From Bispira polyomma (taxonomy: Eukaryota), in NCBI GenBank assembly GCA_965649765.1, contig OZ287753.1, positions 40,858,001 to 40,922,000 on the forward strand: a DNA stretch of 64,000 nucleotides, written 5' to 3'. Made by a program: the position numbers and the translations under genes. Below, in pieces: positions 1-12,299 of this stretch. The notes below the pieces were generated by a model, which did no database searches, had not been told where the DNA came from, and saw nothing but the letters and a program-made list of their open reading frames with translations. The stretch's first letter is position 1; every line of letters starts with the position of its first letter.

Positions 1-142
1 ACCCCTAAGTTTGGACGGGTCCATTACTTCCAACCAATCCACGAAAGCCTTTCATGTTATTTCTAGAATGGCAGCGCCCTTTTTAAGGATGCTGGCGTCC
101 TTATCAGAATGTAAACAAAACCAGGGGGCGCCTGACTAAAAA
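1..142 (+). mobile_element. HINE-like (Helentron-associated) dispersed repeat, family D, 3' part cut by window edge
   Basis: Shares ccaaccaatcc..aagcctt..atggc(a/g)gcgcc core with 14348-14558, 50027-50238 (rc) and 62199-62360; ends in small hairpin cagg-gggcg-cctg followed by A-run. Confidence 0.55.
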
Positions 143-828
143 TCCCCATAAATGCCTTGCTCTTTTAGGGGGTTTCTTTTTTCATCAAACTTTCTGTATT
201 AATTCTGTCAGTGGATATTATTGTCTGCTAACTTTTTTTCAAGACAATAACTTGAGACATCATTATTAAGTGAATACACTGTAGAAGTAGTGTGTCTTGA
301 GGTATTCTGCTGTCATTTTGTACTTAGTCCATGTTCACATGTATCTAAATTACAACACCTGACGGCAGATATATGACAATGACATATTAATCCCTTTATA
401 AGCTATCTTTACTTATTTTAATGTGATTTATGACATCCAACATCTATGATGCGAACAAATTATTTATTCAAACATGTTAATATAATTGATGTTACCTTGT
501 ACATATTCTGACATTATTTGAATTTGGTTGGGTTTGACGTCGCTGTTAACAACTTAGGTTATGTCACGACGGCGATTCCAATTCCACTAACAAGTTTTAA
601 GTTTGCCTCACCGGATTGTCAAAAGAAATCCATTCTGAGTATGTAGAGGTAAAATTGTCTCCATTTTATGCGTTATTGACTTACCCTGTTATGCCCCGTT
701 TCGACACCAGGGGTCATTTTTGAAACAGCACCTATATCTAATTCAAACCTTTTAACTTGACCAACTAACCTTGACCATTCGGATTTTCATTGACCAGAAA
801 ACAATTGCCTGTCATAATATGACAACAG

Positions 829-1327
829 GGTCCTTATTCACAAAAGGTCTTAATCCCTATATTAGTCTTAACTTAGTCTTAAGCTAATGGGGGCCGTGGT
901 GGCCTAGTGGTTAGCAAGCATTGTGCTTCACAATCACTGGTCTCTCACCTCTGGGTGGCGTGAGTTTGAATCCCGTCAATGCCTATGTGGGAAAGGTGGT
1001 AGTTCCTTACTGTGGGCCGCTGGTTTCAGTGCAGAACCTTGACCGACTGTATGCAGTGTTTCCTCCAGCGTTTCCAACTACCCGTCCCAATATAACCTAC
1101 TAAAAGGTACTAGAGTGGACGTTAAATATCCAAATTATAATTCTTAAGCTATTAATCTTCGTCTTTGTTTTTGGTCTAAAGGGTTATGATTTTTTTCTTT
1201 GTCCGAGTGACAGTCAGATAAGATCTTTGATGAGTGGTAACTTTGCTCCCAACACTAAAACTAATAGTAGACAGTCTTAAATATTTTAAGACTAAGTAAA
1301 GAGTAAGACCTTTTGTGAGTATGGCCC
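829..1327. mobile_element. PIF/Harbinger-like MITE containing a nested SINE
   Basis: 24-bp TIRs ggtccttattcacaaaaggtctta versus rc gggccatactcacaaaaggtctta; perfect 3-bp TSD CAG (826-828, 1328-1330); internal agtcttaa/ttaagact motifs. Confidence 0.8.
889..1141 (+). mobile_element. tRNA-derived SINE family A (V-like central domain), full length
   Basis: A-box tggcctagtgg and B-box-like gagtttgaatccc; 12-bp TSD tcttaagcta(a/t)t at 877-888 and 1142-1153; homologous copies at 21394-21540 and 63899-64000. Confidence 0.85.
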
Positions 1328-3699
1328 CAGAGGTATTGAAAGTGACATTAAAACTAAACTAAAAATTAGTTGTGCTGAAACGGCTCCCCTCAGGATGCCG
1401 TTTTAAAATTGCGCTGGTGTTGAAATGGCTCCTTTACAAAAAGCCTATTCTAATTGTGGAGTCATTATACTGATTATGTCATATTTCCCTGGCGACTTCC
1501 TTTCTATACATGTTCTATTTTCCCATAACTTCCTATCTGAAAGATTTTTTATAATTTTTACAAATAATAGTCATTTTTTTATTTGTAAAGGAGACAGTCA
1601 TTACTACTTTGCAATGTGGTATATACGCCATGATGTATATAAAGGGTAGCTTTGCATATAATTGCCAATCAAGGGTAAAATTATATGTCTCGTACAAACT
1701 AAGTGGAATATTTTTGGGGCTTTGCATGATAGAATGGAAATCTGTACAAATGGGGAATAAAAGTGGACAAACATGTAATTTTCTAATAATAGGTATAATA
1801 ATGCTTGTTATTTCTTCGGGAACAAAAGAGAGTTTAGGTAGAGCCCTGCGATATACCTGGCTAAATATATGCAAAAAAGTGCTTATAGTTACCAACAGAA
1901 ACCCTGGAATGTTGTTAGTCTTAGAGTTCTAGAGGGAAATATTGAATATTAACCCTTTCAAAGCCATAAACCAAGAATAGCATCAGAGATGCCAAAACCA
2001 TACAAACCATGACATGCCACAAACATACACAAGTAATAAATATGTGTACCAAATATGAAACAACCTTATACTAGCAATTTCCAAGAACTAGCAAACATTA
2101 GCGGCCACCACCCGAACTCTCGTCAACCCAGTCTGACAAATATACATATGGTATATATACCAATATTTCAGGGTTAGGAGCATGTGAGGAAAAATTTAGG
2201 ACAGCGAAAATCCTGGAACATTTATTATCCGAACATCATAGGGAAAATGATGAAAATCTGTTTGAAAAATAGAAGTTTATGAAATAAAAAATGGTAATTC
2301 TGTATGACAATAACTGGATGATATCCAATTTAAATTACAGTTTCTAGTTGTAGGAAACAGGTCAACGTGACCTTATCTGGTACTTTTCTCATTTGATGGG
2401 CAGAATGAAAATATAATTTCTTTTAATGAATGATATTTCACCCCAAGCATTTATTTACTGCCAAACTATGAGGCGTATAAAACCCCCATGCAGTGTATGA
2501 AACCATCTTGGATTAGAAAAAAAGCCCCTCCCCCCACTATACCAGATTAGTCTATCTTTCTCCCCCCCCCCTCCCACACACACTCTAGATTAGCCTATCT
2601 ATCACCTCCCTCCCCACCACATTAAAATCTCTGGGGTTTTTTTGTACAAAAAAACGTTTTGTCTTTTTTAGAAAAGGGCTTTTAGTCCCATAAAATATTC
2701 AAAGAAATACATTTTGGAGGGACAAGGAAGATTCTTAAGAGCTTATACCACTTTCAATGAAAAATGTTTAAATCTGATGTATAATATATCTTTGAGGTGA
2801 TTAAGAGGGATTAACTTGTATAAAGACACATGATACCCCTATGACGTCATCAAAAGGTTATCCCTGATGAATATGACGTAATTAAATTGTAACAATCCAT
2901 ACCCATAATAAATGTGTGACTTATATGTCAGTGTGTTTTTTTTTACAAATTCTTTACAAATACATTGACTGATCTTATTTTGTATATTTCTATAAATATG
3001 TATTTAAGATTAAGGTTTCAACTAGTTTGAGGTCCAGGTTCGAATCCAAAATCAAATCAAATCAATTAGTTTAAGATTCTTGGGGTTTTTTCAATGAAAG
3101 ATAATTTATAGTTACAATTAGCATAAAACTAAAGTAGGCTTAAAATGCAATTCTAAAAATCGATATTGGTTCAAAATATTGAAATATATATTTAGACAGT
3201 GATACTCCAGTGAGAATATCAATATTAAAACATTTTGATTTAAACTGGTAAATATTCTGATATCGATATAAGATACCCACACAATACATTAAAGGAAGAT
3301 TTCATTTCCTTCAGCAATAATACTCGTTATAATTCCACTCTTTCTTAGATAACTCAGTGACTCCAAAAGTATTCACAACTATACATCAAAGTACTATTAA
3401 ATCAGTTATTTTTGGTTATGTGCAACAAAACATAAATAAAAAATAAACACAAACATTTTTCAGAAGCGTTGTTTTTTATGGTCATTCTAAAACCATCTGT
3501 CAAATTTATGAAGGGTATTAATGATATTTCATTTGTTTCCAAGATGTAAAAGTCATTTGGATAAATATGCCTAAAAGATGGCACAAAGATAGCTCAGAAT
3601 CAGCAATCAAGTAAGCATGAACAATCACATTTGTCAAATGGTTTTAATAGATAACAGTTAAAAGGGTTTTTAAAAAAGCACAAACAAATGTGGAACTTT

Positions 3700-4780
3700 T
3701 TTGTTGAAGTTTACTTAGTATAGGTTTCAAGCCTTGTCGGTAATAGAGGGCAATGACAACGCAGATGAGCTTGCCAAACAAGCTTTGAATTTTAATGTTT
3801 ATGTGGCGTTCACACTATAAAGACCTTGGCCACATTTATACCAGACTACCAAAAATCATAAGATAGGGTAAGGGAGAGAATGGGTGAAAATGCTCATTTA
3901 AATATCATTAATGTAGCATTAATCTCACTTCTTTCAAAATGTATGATGCAACATGGCCAGACCATGTCCAGGATATGGCCAGTTTATACACAGGATTTGC
4001 CCAGCATTTACCAGACCTCACAAGATTATGATCAGACTATGCTAAATTCATACCAGATTATTCCCGATGCCATACTAGATCTAAGCAGATCATCCCATGT
4101 TTATGAAACCGTGATTCCAAATTAGACCAGATTACACCAGTCCTGTCCAGATTATACAAGATTAAGCTATTACACGTTTTATCCCACTCTACCTGATTTC
4201 AACCGTTTATACCTCACCAGTTTTGACAAGATTATGCCCAGACTACACTGTGACATATCCAGTTCTCTTGAGATGTGACTTTTAGAGCTGACCATCCACG
4301 GCTGTTTTGATCATGTCCTTGCAAAATTATCGACTCTGACACCAGATTGTTCTGATCTTTCCAGTTTATGTCCAAATGTTGAAAAATTTCTCCAGATCAC
4401 ACAAGATCTTAACATTAGAAGTGAACGGCTCTATAGATTGTCAAAGTGTGAACCTAACATTAGATCTAAAAGTTCTCTTTACAAACTTGAAAGTCAGTGT
4501 AAAATAATGTTTTTAGACAAAAGTGGCAAGCTCAATAGAATGCGTGTCCCAATATAAAGTTCTATCAAATTAACCCTATACTGTTGGAGGCTTATATTTT
4601 TGGACAGATTTGTCTCGTGGGGAAGAAATTGCGAGAGCAAGATAAAGACATTTTACTCATAAGTATTTATTTAAAAAATTTGAAGTAGTGCCCTGGTGCA
4701 TTCCTTGCCATTACACTGTGCATCATATTTTAATAGATTGTAATGACTTTATTCATATTCGTTATAAATATTTTAATGTA
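3700..4780 (+). pseudogene. Decayed I/Nimb-clade LINE ORF2 3' part (RNase H end plus C-terminal Cys/His knuckle), split by a MITE
   Basis: IEGNDNADELAKQAL at ~3744-3787 (RNase H C-terminal motif); after the insertion KWQAQ, RGEEI..RHFTHKYL..PWCIPCHYTVHHILIDCNDF..RYKYF at ~4520-4778; stops and frameshifts. Confidence 0.75.
3802..4459. mobile_element. Harbinger-like MITE inserted in the LINE relic
   Basis: Ends tgtggcgttcacact ... agtgtgaacctaaca (imperfect TIR), TSD TTA (3799-3801, 4460-4462); interior of degenerate accaga-type short repeats; LINE peptide resumes on both sides. Confidence 0.7.
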
Positions 4781-4788
4781 AATGAAAT

Positions 4789-5103
4789 GGTCTCTGTGGC
4801 CTAATGGTTAGAGTGTCAGACTTGGGATCTGAAGGCTCCCAGTTCGATCCTTGATCGATATTGTATTCTTGGACAAGGGGCTTCACACAAAGTTGTTCCT
4901 GTTTTCCCAGGTGTATAAATGGGTATCTGGCCGCTAAAGTATTTATGCACTGTATGTGGCAGCATGGCTAGTATGCTTTCTGAGGGAGCTGAGACTGAAC
5001 AATTGGTTTACAAGTGAAAGAACACAGGGCGGGGGTTAAACTGTGAAGTCGGTTGAAATAGAGGTGATATCAGAGTATAAACATAATAAAATGAAATGAA
5101 ATA
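4789..5103 (+). mobile_element. tRNA-derived SINE family B (CORE-like domain)
   Basis: tRNA head tggcctaatggttagag..gttcgatcc; CORE-like cttggacaagg..cttcac..cccaggtgtataaatggg; (aaatg)n tail; end-to-end similarity with 44388-44711 and 60869-61190. Confidence 0.8.
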
Positions 5104-5154
5104 GTACATTTGTTATGAGCACAATTATACAAGATAGGGCCATTTCAAATGCAC

Positions 5155-5418
5155 TTCCTCATAGGCAGCCACTATGTTCGCCGAGGTGCTTGAGGACGAT
5201 CATTTATCAACGTCCCCAAGGATCTTTAATCTGCCACTGAAGATATTACTCACTGACAAAGGACCGCCATTTTAAGTGCTCATCCAAGCCACTAGGCAAA
5301 CTTGTGTTCACATCTTTCCTAAGGATGTTATCCTACCAAATCAAACTAGCGGCCGGTACCAGGAATAGAACCAGGGACCTTTTGATTATCAGACCAACAC
5401 CCTAACCACTAGACACAC
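5155..5418 (-). mobile_element. tRNA-derived SINE family C (Deu/Nin-like domain)
   Basis: rc begins gtgtctagtggttagggtg..ggttctattcc; body has ggaccgccattttaagtg and aacgtccccaaggatcttt..tgccact shared with 8781-9084 and 24105-24339. Confidence 0.7.
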
Positions 5419-5879
5419 ATTTACATAAATAATGATTCAATGAGAATGTTTAAATATGTTTTAATGTGATTATATATAACTTCCTAAGATAAATACACAT
5501 GTAGGTTTGTAAAATAATTGTAAAGTAATTTATTTTTTTTGTACGGTGTGTTGTCTTCTTTGTTATTTATTGTTTCTGGGCCTTATTGTCAGAATTTAGT
5601 ATATGTTATTAATTTATCTATTGTATGTTTGTGTTTGTTTTATTTATTTAATTATTTATAAATTTATTAATTGTGTCTTTTATTTATTTTTTTCAGTTTT
5701 TAATGTGTTGTGATATGACATAATTGTACATTAAAGAGCCATTAAACTAATAACCTTACTTCTGGTTAAGGACTGTTGTCATACGTGCTGTATGCAGAAT
5801 CTGGCATGTGGTAAAGTGGCTCTAATAAGTTCTCAAGAAATATGAAAGAACTAGTTTGCTGTATGTGTGGTACAAAGTG

Positions 5880-6252
5880 TGGTAGATATGAGATTCTGTC
5901 AAGAAATCTCTTATTTTTCCTCCAGTAACCTCAAGAGATGAAAGAGACTTTCTTTTCCCTCTGTTAAACCCACCAAGTGGGCTGGATCTAGAGATTTCTG
6001 AATCGCTGCCCCTATGTTTTGGAATAGTCTATCACTAGCAACACTTTCTAGGTTTAGGGAAAAACTTAAAAGCTATCTCTTTAAACTCGCAGTTCTCTCC
6101 CTGTACACCGACGAATCCTTCCTTATAACTTGGCCATGTTTTTTAAAACTTTTCTATTGGTCAATTGATTCTGTTGTTGTGCTTTATAAAATGCTCCGCA
6201 TCAACAAGGCACGTATAAAATGCAAAATACAATACAAAACAATAAAAAATAC
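5880..6252 (+). pseudogene. L2-clade LINE 3' fragment
   Basis: GSRDF*IAAPMFWNSL..FREKLKSYLFKLA, typical L2 ORF2 C-terminus; (aatac)n-like tail at ~6226-6252; same family as 21555-21900. Confidence 0.75.
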
Positions 6253-7689
6253 TGTAATTATGACTTTGAGCAGCTGTATACTGCAGATATATCGAATGCT
6301 GCATAATGTATGTATGGAAACAGCTCTCTAAGATCATAGCTACATTATCTGTGATTGTCAAGGAAAGTTTCCATATATGTGGTTTATGGCATCCGCAGGT
6401 ACGCAATATACGGCCTCTCAAAGTCATAGGCAATGAAGGGGTCCAGCTTAATGGAACAGCATATTTATCGTACTTTGTACCATGCCTACAACAAGAGGTC
6501 TTTGAGGTCCTGTATGGGTCCTTAGATCTCGACCCTGATATGTATGTAGAAAAAGATGGCAGTGCACTTGCTGAAGGTTAGTTGTTTTGCAAAGCAGAAA
6601 ACCTTGACAACTAGCCTGTTCTGGTGAACTGTCTGTCATGATATTGCACAAGATGTGTTGAGGGTGACGTTAAACTCTACCTAAACTGAACTGCATGACG
6701 GATGGCAAATACCTGCATGTATGGACATTGACCTTCATGGTTAGATGGTATATGGGTTGTCGGATTGGCATTGAAGGCTTCTGTGTAATTCTTTTATGTC
6801 AATATGAATCATTCAATACGTTAGAAGATCATCAAATATATCAAAATATATGTCTTCAAAATACAGAAGGGTGCTATTTCGTTTGAAGTGCCTGTGAAAC
6901 TGCAAAGATGGGGGGCATTTAGTTGAATTTCTGATGATTATTAGGCTGTGATTTCATTGGCTTCAGTAAGTTTGCTTTATGGGCAAAGATACTGGTTAGT
7001 CTTTCTTAGGCCACATTGGTTGTCCTCTTAAAATGTGTTCCAAATTTTGTTGTTAACCTATTCTTGTTATTAGATGTTATCAAAGTTTAGTGGACTAAGG
7101 TATATTACAAAACATGATTTATTTGACCTTTTATACTTGCTGGGAAAAATGCTGACCACATGTAAATATTATTATTATTATCACTGCAAGTCACTTTTCT
7201 ATTTTTATGTGAGTATTGGGTGATTGCAAAGATTCTCAATAGAAGCATTTCACATCATGCTGTGAATTATGGGAATTATGACTAAGGCTCTTGGTCATGA
7301 TGTATGTCTGGGAAAGTTGGCAGTAGACTTGTTGAAGGTTACAGAGCAGACGAACTAACTCAATTCTTATGTATTATACCAGTGACTTACCAGTTGTGGT
7401 ATGACACCAAACGTGTTAAGAGCGATGTTAAACTAAACCAAAGACTTGTTTCACACTTGCGCCAAGCAAGGCTAGTTTCCGAGCCCTGGAGTGCAATGAA
7501 GCTTGAAATGGGAAGACAAGGCTTGGGGTATCGTGGGAGTGTGTGGCGGCAAAATGGAGATTTCTCTCTTGTCTATTTAGCCTTGCTCATGCCTCATGTT
7601 TGTCAGAGAGAGTGTCTCATTTAATTAGGAATTAATTCAAAATCTATACACATTCACTTCAATTAAGTATAGGTAACACATATAAGTAA

Positions 7690-8600
7690 TAGTTTATTTA
7701 CAAGGAATATGATCAGATTATGCTGAATAAAATGTATATGTGCCATATTTGCTGTAATAAATGGCCACTCTCTTATTAAAGCCCCATCGTTCTTTTTTTT
7801 AAAAGAGGTTTCCAGTTCCAGAATGCTAAACGCTAATATTATAGCAAGTACTACAACAAAATATAATATAGAGAATCTGTTAAATATAATAATTGGAAAT
7901 TGTTAAATTGCCTCGAGACAGTACTGGAAATATAAAAAATATAATGACCTGTATCAGATGATAATATGATGATGCAGATCAACAGGTGTAATTCCATTCA
8001 CCTATGGTCTAGGATCGAGATATTTATTGTGGATAGCTTAATTGTTTTACACATACTAGAATGCTTTTTAAACAATATATTACAACCCCGTCTTTCAACA
8101 TTTGTTTTCTTTTTTTATAGTATCCACCTCTTCTATGGCAGAAATTACAGTATTTTGAATTAGTTAAAACAACAAATGAGACTTTCTGACAAATATAAGC
8201 CCTAAGCATGGCTATTGTCCATTCCAATGGGAGGGGGGGGGGGGGGACCAGAATCCATGTTTTTCTTTCATTATCTGTCGTTATTTCTTCATATTCAAAG
8301 TCAACCCACCGTTCAAAGTATTTGACCATTATTTGTGTGAGCAACAGAGTACACCCTGAAAAAGGGAGTATTTTTTAAGTTAACTGAAAGAAAACAAAGT
8401 GGGTTTTTTTCCTTGATGGAGTAATTGATCTCTTTGAATTTTTGCAAAGATCTAAGACTACAGAATGAGAGATTTTGGAATAGATCAACAATGAGACTTC
8501 TCCACCACTGGGCGATAATGGAAGGAAATTAAAAAAATGGAAATTCTTAACTGGTCAAGAAAAGTTCACTAATTTACAATTTTTGAGAAATTTACTTGAA
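7690..8600 (-). pseudogene. Probable highly decayed L1/Tx1-like LINE 3' region
   Basis: Fragments YFERWVDFEYEEI..TW, NSKYCNFC (zf-RVT-like) and a terminal KERWG, followed by AATAAA on the minus strand near 7693; heavily frameshifted. Confidence 0.4.
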
Positions 8601-8780
8601 TGAATTTTTACTATTGATTATTTTTAGTTAAGATATCAACACAACTTTCAAATTTTTCGAAAATTGTGATTTTTTTTGTTTTAGTTGTTATAAGTTTTAT
8701 TTTTTTTAAAAAAGAATATGGTTGTATTTTATTCAAATGTACGTCAAAGCACTGTTGAACCTTTTTTTATTGCACATGTG

Positions 8781-9084
8781 CAGCCAACCAGCACCAGTAA
8801 CTGTCACTCCCTCTATGCGAAGAGAGAGAGAGAGAGAGAGCGAGGCTTGAGTATGACACCGTTTCTCAAACTCCCCAAGGTTATTTAGTCCGTCACTGGA
8901 GATAGCACCCCAATAACAAGTGGATCACCATTTCAAGTGGTCATCTGAACCACTATGTACATGCAACATTTAAATGGCCATCCAGGCCACTTTGTACCTG
9001 CTTATACCTAGGGGTCCTAACCCGAGCTCAAACTCAGGTCCTCATGATTTTTAAGCGAGCATGTTACCGACTAGGCCCTAATGG
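8781..9084 (-). mobile_element. SINE family C copy with internal (GA)n
   Basis: cagccaaccagcaccagtaactgtc..aggcttgag.atgacacc..ccatttcaagtggtcatc; degenerate tRNA head at 9030-9084 (rc). Confidence 0.7.
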
Positions 9085-9227
9085 CATATAGTATTATGCT
9101 TATTATACCACAAATACATTAATACTGCTAAAAATATTCCTTGTTTATCTATTGAGGCCACGCACACTTAGAACTATTATTGTCACTGGTTCAAAGAATA
9201 TAAGCAATCAAAGTTTATAAAGGGGCA

Positions 9228-10836
9228 TATAATGACAAAATGATAATGCCAAAAAAGATAATGCCAGGATTATAATGCCAAAGATAATGCCAGGATTATA
9301 GTGCCCAATTTTTTTTAAAAGCCAGATATAATGCTAGAATTATAATGCCAGATTTTTCAAATTCACGTAAAGAAGTATGAGACTGGGTGAGTGAATCAAT
9401 AGTGTGAAGTGGATGGGGGCACACATGTTACAGCCCCTCCTCACTCCCCCCTTATTCCAGTAGAAGGTTTGAGGTCTTGTGAATTTGGGGCATTTGCATA
9501 TCAGCCCCTCATTACTAAATTGTTAATATTTTTCTGGAATAATTGTTTTGATTTTTAAAGAGCTTAATGTGTGCATGCACATTTGTCCCTTTTTACTCCC
9601 TTCCCACACACTGCTTCTCATTCCTGTAAAAGGGTTTTTGATGTGTGTTGGATATCTGGGTGTGGATATTCTATATCGTGGGTGTTTATTACCTTTATTA
9701 AATTTCTGAATAAATGGGGCTGTTGAAAAAACCTTCTTGATCCATATTATCAGGCGTTTAATTTTATATCAAATAAGTCCAAATTTATTACTCTGTACAA
9801 TGAATTTTTTTTATTTTCCAGAAAATATGTAAAGCTTGTTCAATGTTTGAACAAGTCAGTTGCATGTTTGTTTGTCCGTCCCAATTCAGTCTTGACCAGA
9901 CAGCTTGCTTTCTCCACTTAATTCCCTTTGTGCTATTATGTGATTTCTGTAAACTAGCATACAAAATCTTTCTAACTTTCTTAATAATGGTGTGTTTTTC
10001 ACAAGTCAAAAACCTTCTTGATTAGAATTACCAGGCGTTTATTTTGATATCAAATTTGTACACCTTTACTACTAAATTATATGTAATGACTTTTTTGTCA
10101 TGCAAAGCTAATTCACTGTTTGAAGAAGTCTTTCAAACGGTGTGGGTCCAAATGCATTCTAGACTACACAGCTTGATTAAGCCCCTCTTCTTTCAGAGCT
10201 TTTAAAAAAAACTTAGAAACTTCAAGTTTTCTTAAAAATTAAGTGTTTTTCAAAATTTAAATTCCAGCCTCACCAGCAGCTTTATCGGCATGTTAAGGCG
10301 CTAAAGATGATACTAAATATGGCTATATGTAATATAAAAATTCTATTCTTTTAAAATTCCACATTTGGTCAGTTTATTACTCCAAAGCTAGCTCTCAACT
10401 TGTTCACTTTTAATCAATCATTGTTACATAAAGGGTCAGTAAATTGTATTTTGTGTATTCATTGGGCTTAATCTCTTTTAAAATAACTTACAAATTACAA
10501 ATGATTGTAACTTTCTTAATAATGAACTACCCTACAAACTGGCAATGCTTGTAACTTTCTTAATAATGAAGAATTTTTTAAATTTTAAAACCAGCTTCAT
10601 CAGCACTTTGAGTCGTTTAAGCTGATACTAAATATGGCTTTCTTTAATTTAGAAACTCTATTCTTTTTAAAAATTCACATTTATTTACTTGATTAAGATT
10701 TAGCCCACCACATATTCACTTCTAATCACACATCGTTAAAGGGCCATGCTGAATGATATTTGTGTTATCATTTGAATCTAAAATCTCGAAATGCCTGTGA
10801 CTTTATTGATAATTAGTGTATCTAACTCATTTAAAA

Positions 10837-10914
<78 letters not shown>

Positions 10915-11064
10915 AATAAACATATCTTTATTTATATTAATAAAACAAATCTAAATGTTTAAAAACAATTTTATTAACCGTATGCATATCAGACACTGAT
11001 GAACTTGGAGAAAACCGTTGTCATTTTTATCAGTTTCTTATAAAATTTCTTTACTCTCTTCATT
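9228..11064 (+). repeat. Left inverted arm of foldback element
   Basis: Matches rc of 12108-13960 apart from about four substitutions spotted by eye, a different (TA)n length and a ~49-bp indel beside the microsatellite. Confidence 0.95.
10840..10910. repeat. (TA)n microsatellite; shorter mirror copy at 12262-12297
   Basis: Perfect TA dinucleotide run. Confidence 0.98.
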
Positions 11065-12107
11065 GGCATCACCGTCTTTACCATCCGGTTCCCCACTGTC
11101 TACTGTTTTTACCATCCGATTCCCTGCTTTCTGAACTGTATTCACCATCGGGTCCCCGCTGTCTGAACTGTCTTCGCCACTGTTTTCCCTGCTGTCTGTA
11201 CTGTCTTCACCATTCAGTTCCCCGCTGCCTACTGTCTTCACCATCCGGTTCCCTGCTGTCTGTACTGTCTTCACCATCGGTTTCCCTGTTGTCTGTACTG
11301 TCTTCACCATCGGTTTCCCTGTTGTCTGTACTGTCTTCACCATCAGGTTTCCTGTTGTCTGTACTGTTTTCACCATCGGATTCCCTGTTGTCTGTACTGT
11401 CGTCACCATTAAATTCCTCGTTGTCTGTACTTGCATCACTATCAATAAGATCATCAAACAGCTGATAATTGTGATGTACAGCTAACTTTAGAGCTTTTCT
11501 GAAGTTATAATCCTTTTCCTCCATGAGATTTTCAACCTCTCCCATGATTTCATTGTGTATGGTACTGTTTTTCAACTTACGGGTTTGTAAGCACAATATC
11601 TTTGTACTTTTTCACAATAAACTTTTTATATTTGTAAAGTAAATCGTCAGTAGCTTTCTGCCGTGATTCAAGGTTGGAGTTCCCATCTTCTTCATATTCT
11701 GTAACTAATTGACCATATTCGTCATCGTATGCATTGTAAGCCTCACTGACAATATCATCCCATCCTGATTCATCATCACTTTCCTCATCAAACCTTGACT
11801 TTTTAGAGACTTGCCCTTCGTCTTCTGGACATCCTCTTTTGAAATGTTTCTGTAAATCCATTTGTGAGGCAAATAGCAATCCACAGTCGATACAAGAACA
11901 CGGCATGGATTGCTGCTTCCCCATGCTGGTACTAGACATACAGGAGCATTTTAACGGTTGAGGTTTATCCATGATGTTGTCGCATTGACTGCAAACCGCT
12001 GAATGACTCGATTGTTTCTTTTTATTTATTTTTAAGACATCCGTCTTCAATCGATTGTCATCCGGGGTTTTTTGTTTAAGGTCCACCAATAAATAACCAT
12101 AAGTTAG
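11038..12107 (-). pseudogene. 5'-truncated, frameshifted gene: Maverick/Polinton-type packaging ATPase C-terminus + C2HC zinc finger + helical domain + acidic repeat tail
   Basis: TYGYLLVDLKQKTPDDNRLKTDVL (12104 downward) resembles the PYGYLLIDLxxxTPxxxRLRTxIF C-terminal motif of Polinton ATPases; CIDC-x12-H-x4-C finger; ORF pieces 11577-12089, 11207-11596 and 11038-11457 join by frameshifts; stop TAA 11038-11040. Confidence 0.7.
11075..11432 (-). repeat. 33-bp coding tandem repeat (DSTDNRETDGE units)
   Basis: Unit ctgtcttcaccatcggtttccctgttgtctgta at 11265, 11298 and 11331, with degenerate copies either side. Confidence 0.9.
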
Positions 12108-12257
12108 AATAAAGAGAATAAAGAAATTTTATAAGAAACTGATAAAAATGACAACGGTTTTCTCCAAGTTCATCAGTGTCTGATATGCATACGGTTAATA
12201 AAATTGTTTTTAAAAATTTAGATTTGTTTTATTAATATAAATAAAGATATGTTTATT

Positions 12258-12299
<42 letters not shown>

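Noticed and set aside
4789-4860. tRNA-like heads at many SINE copies as tRNA genes
   Set aside because: No complete cloverleaf; each continues into a shared SINE body.
10990-11020. CTGATGA motifs (also ~2864, 12585, 46069, 51570, rc 54594) as hammerhead ribozyme cores
   Set aside because: No stem II followed by GAAA and no closing helices could be built.
11207-11457. MVKTVQTTGKP-repeat reading of ORF 11038-11457
   Set aside because: Alternative frame of the 33-bp repeat; the acidic frame continues the upstream protein.
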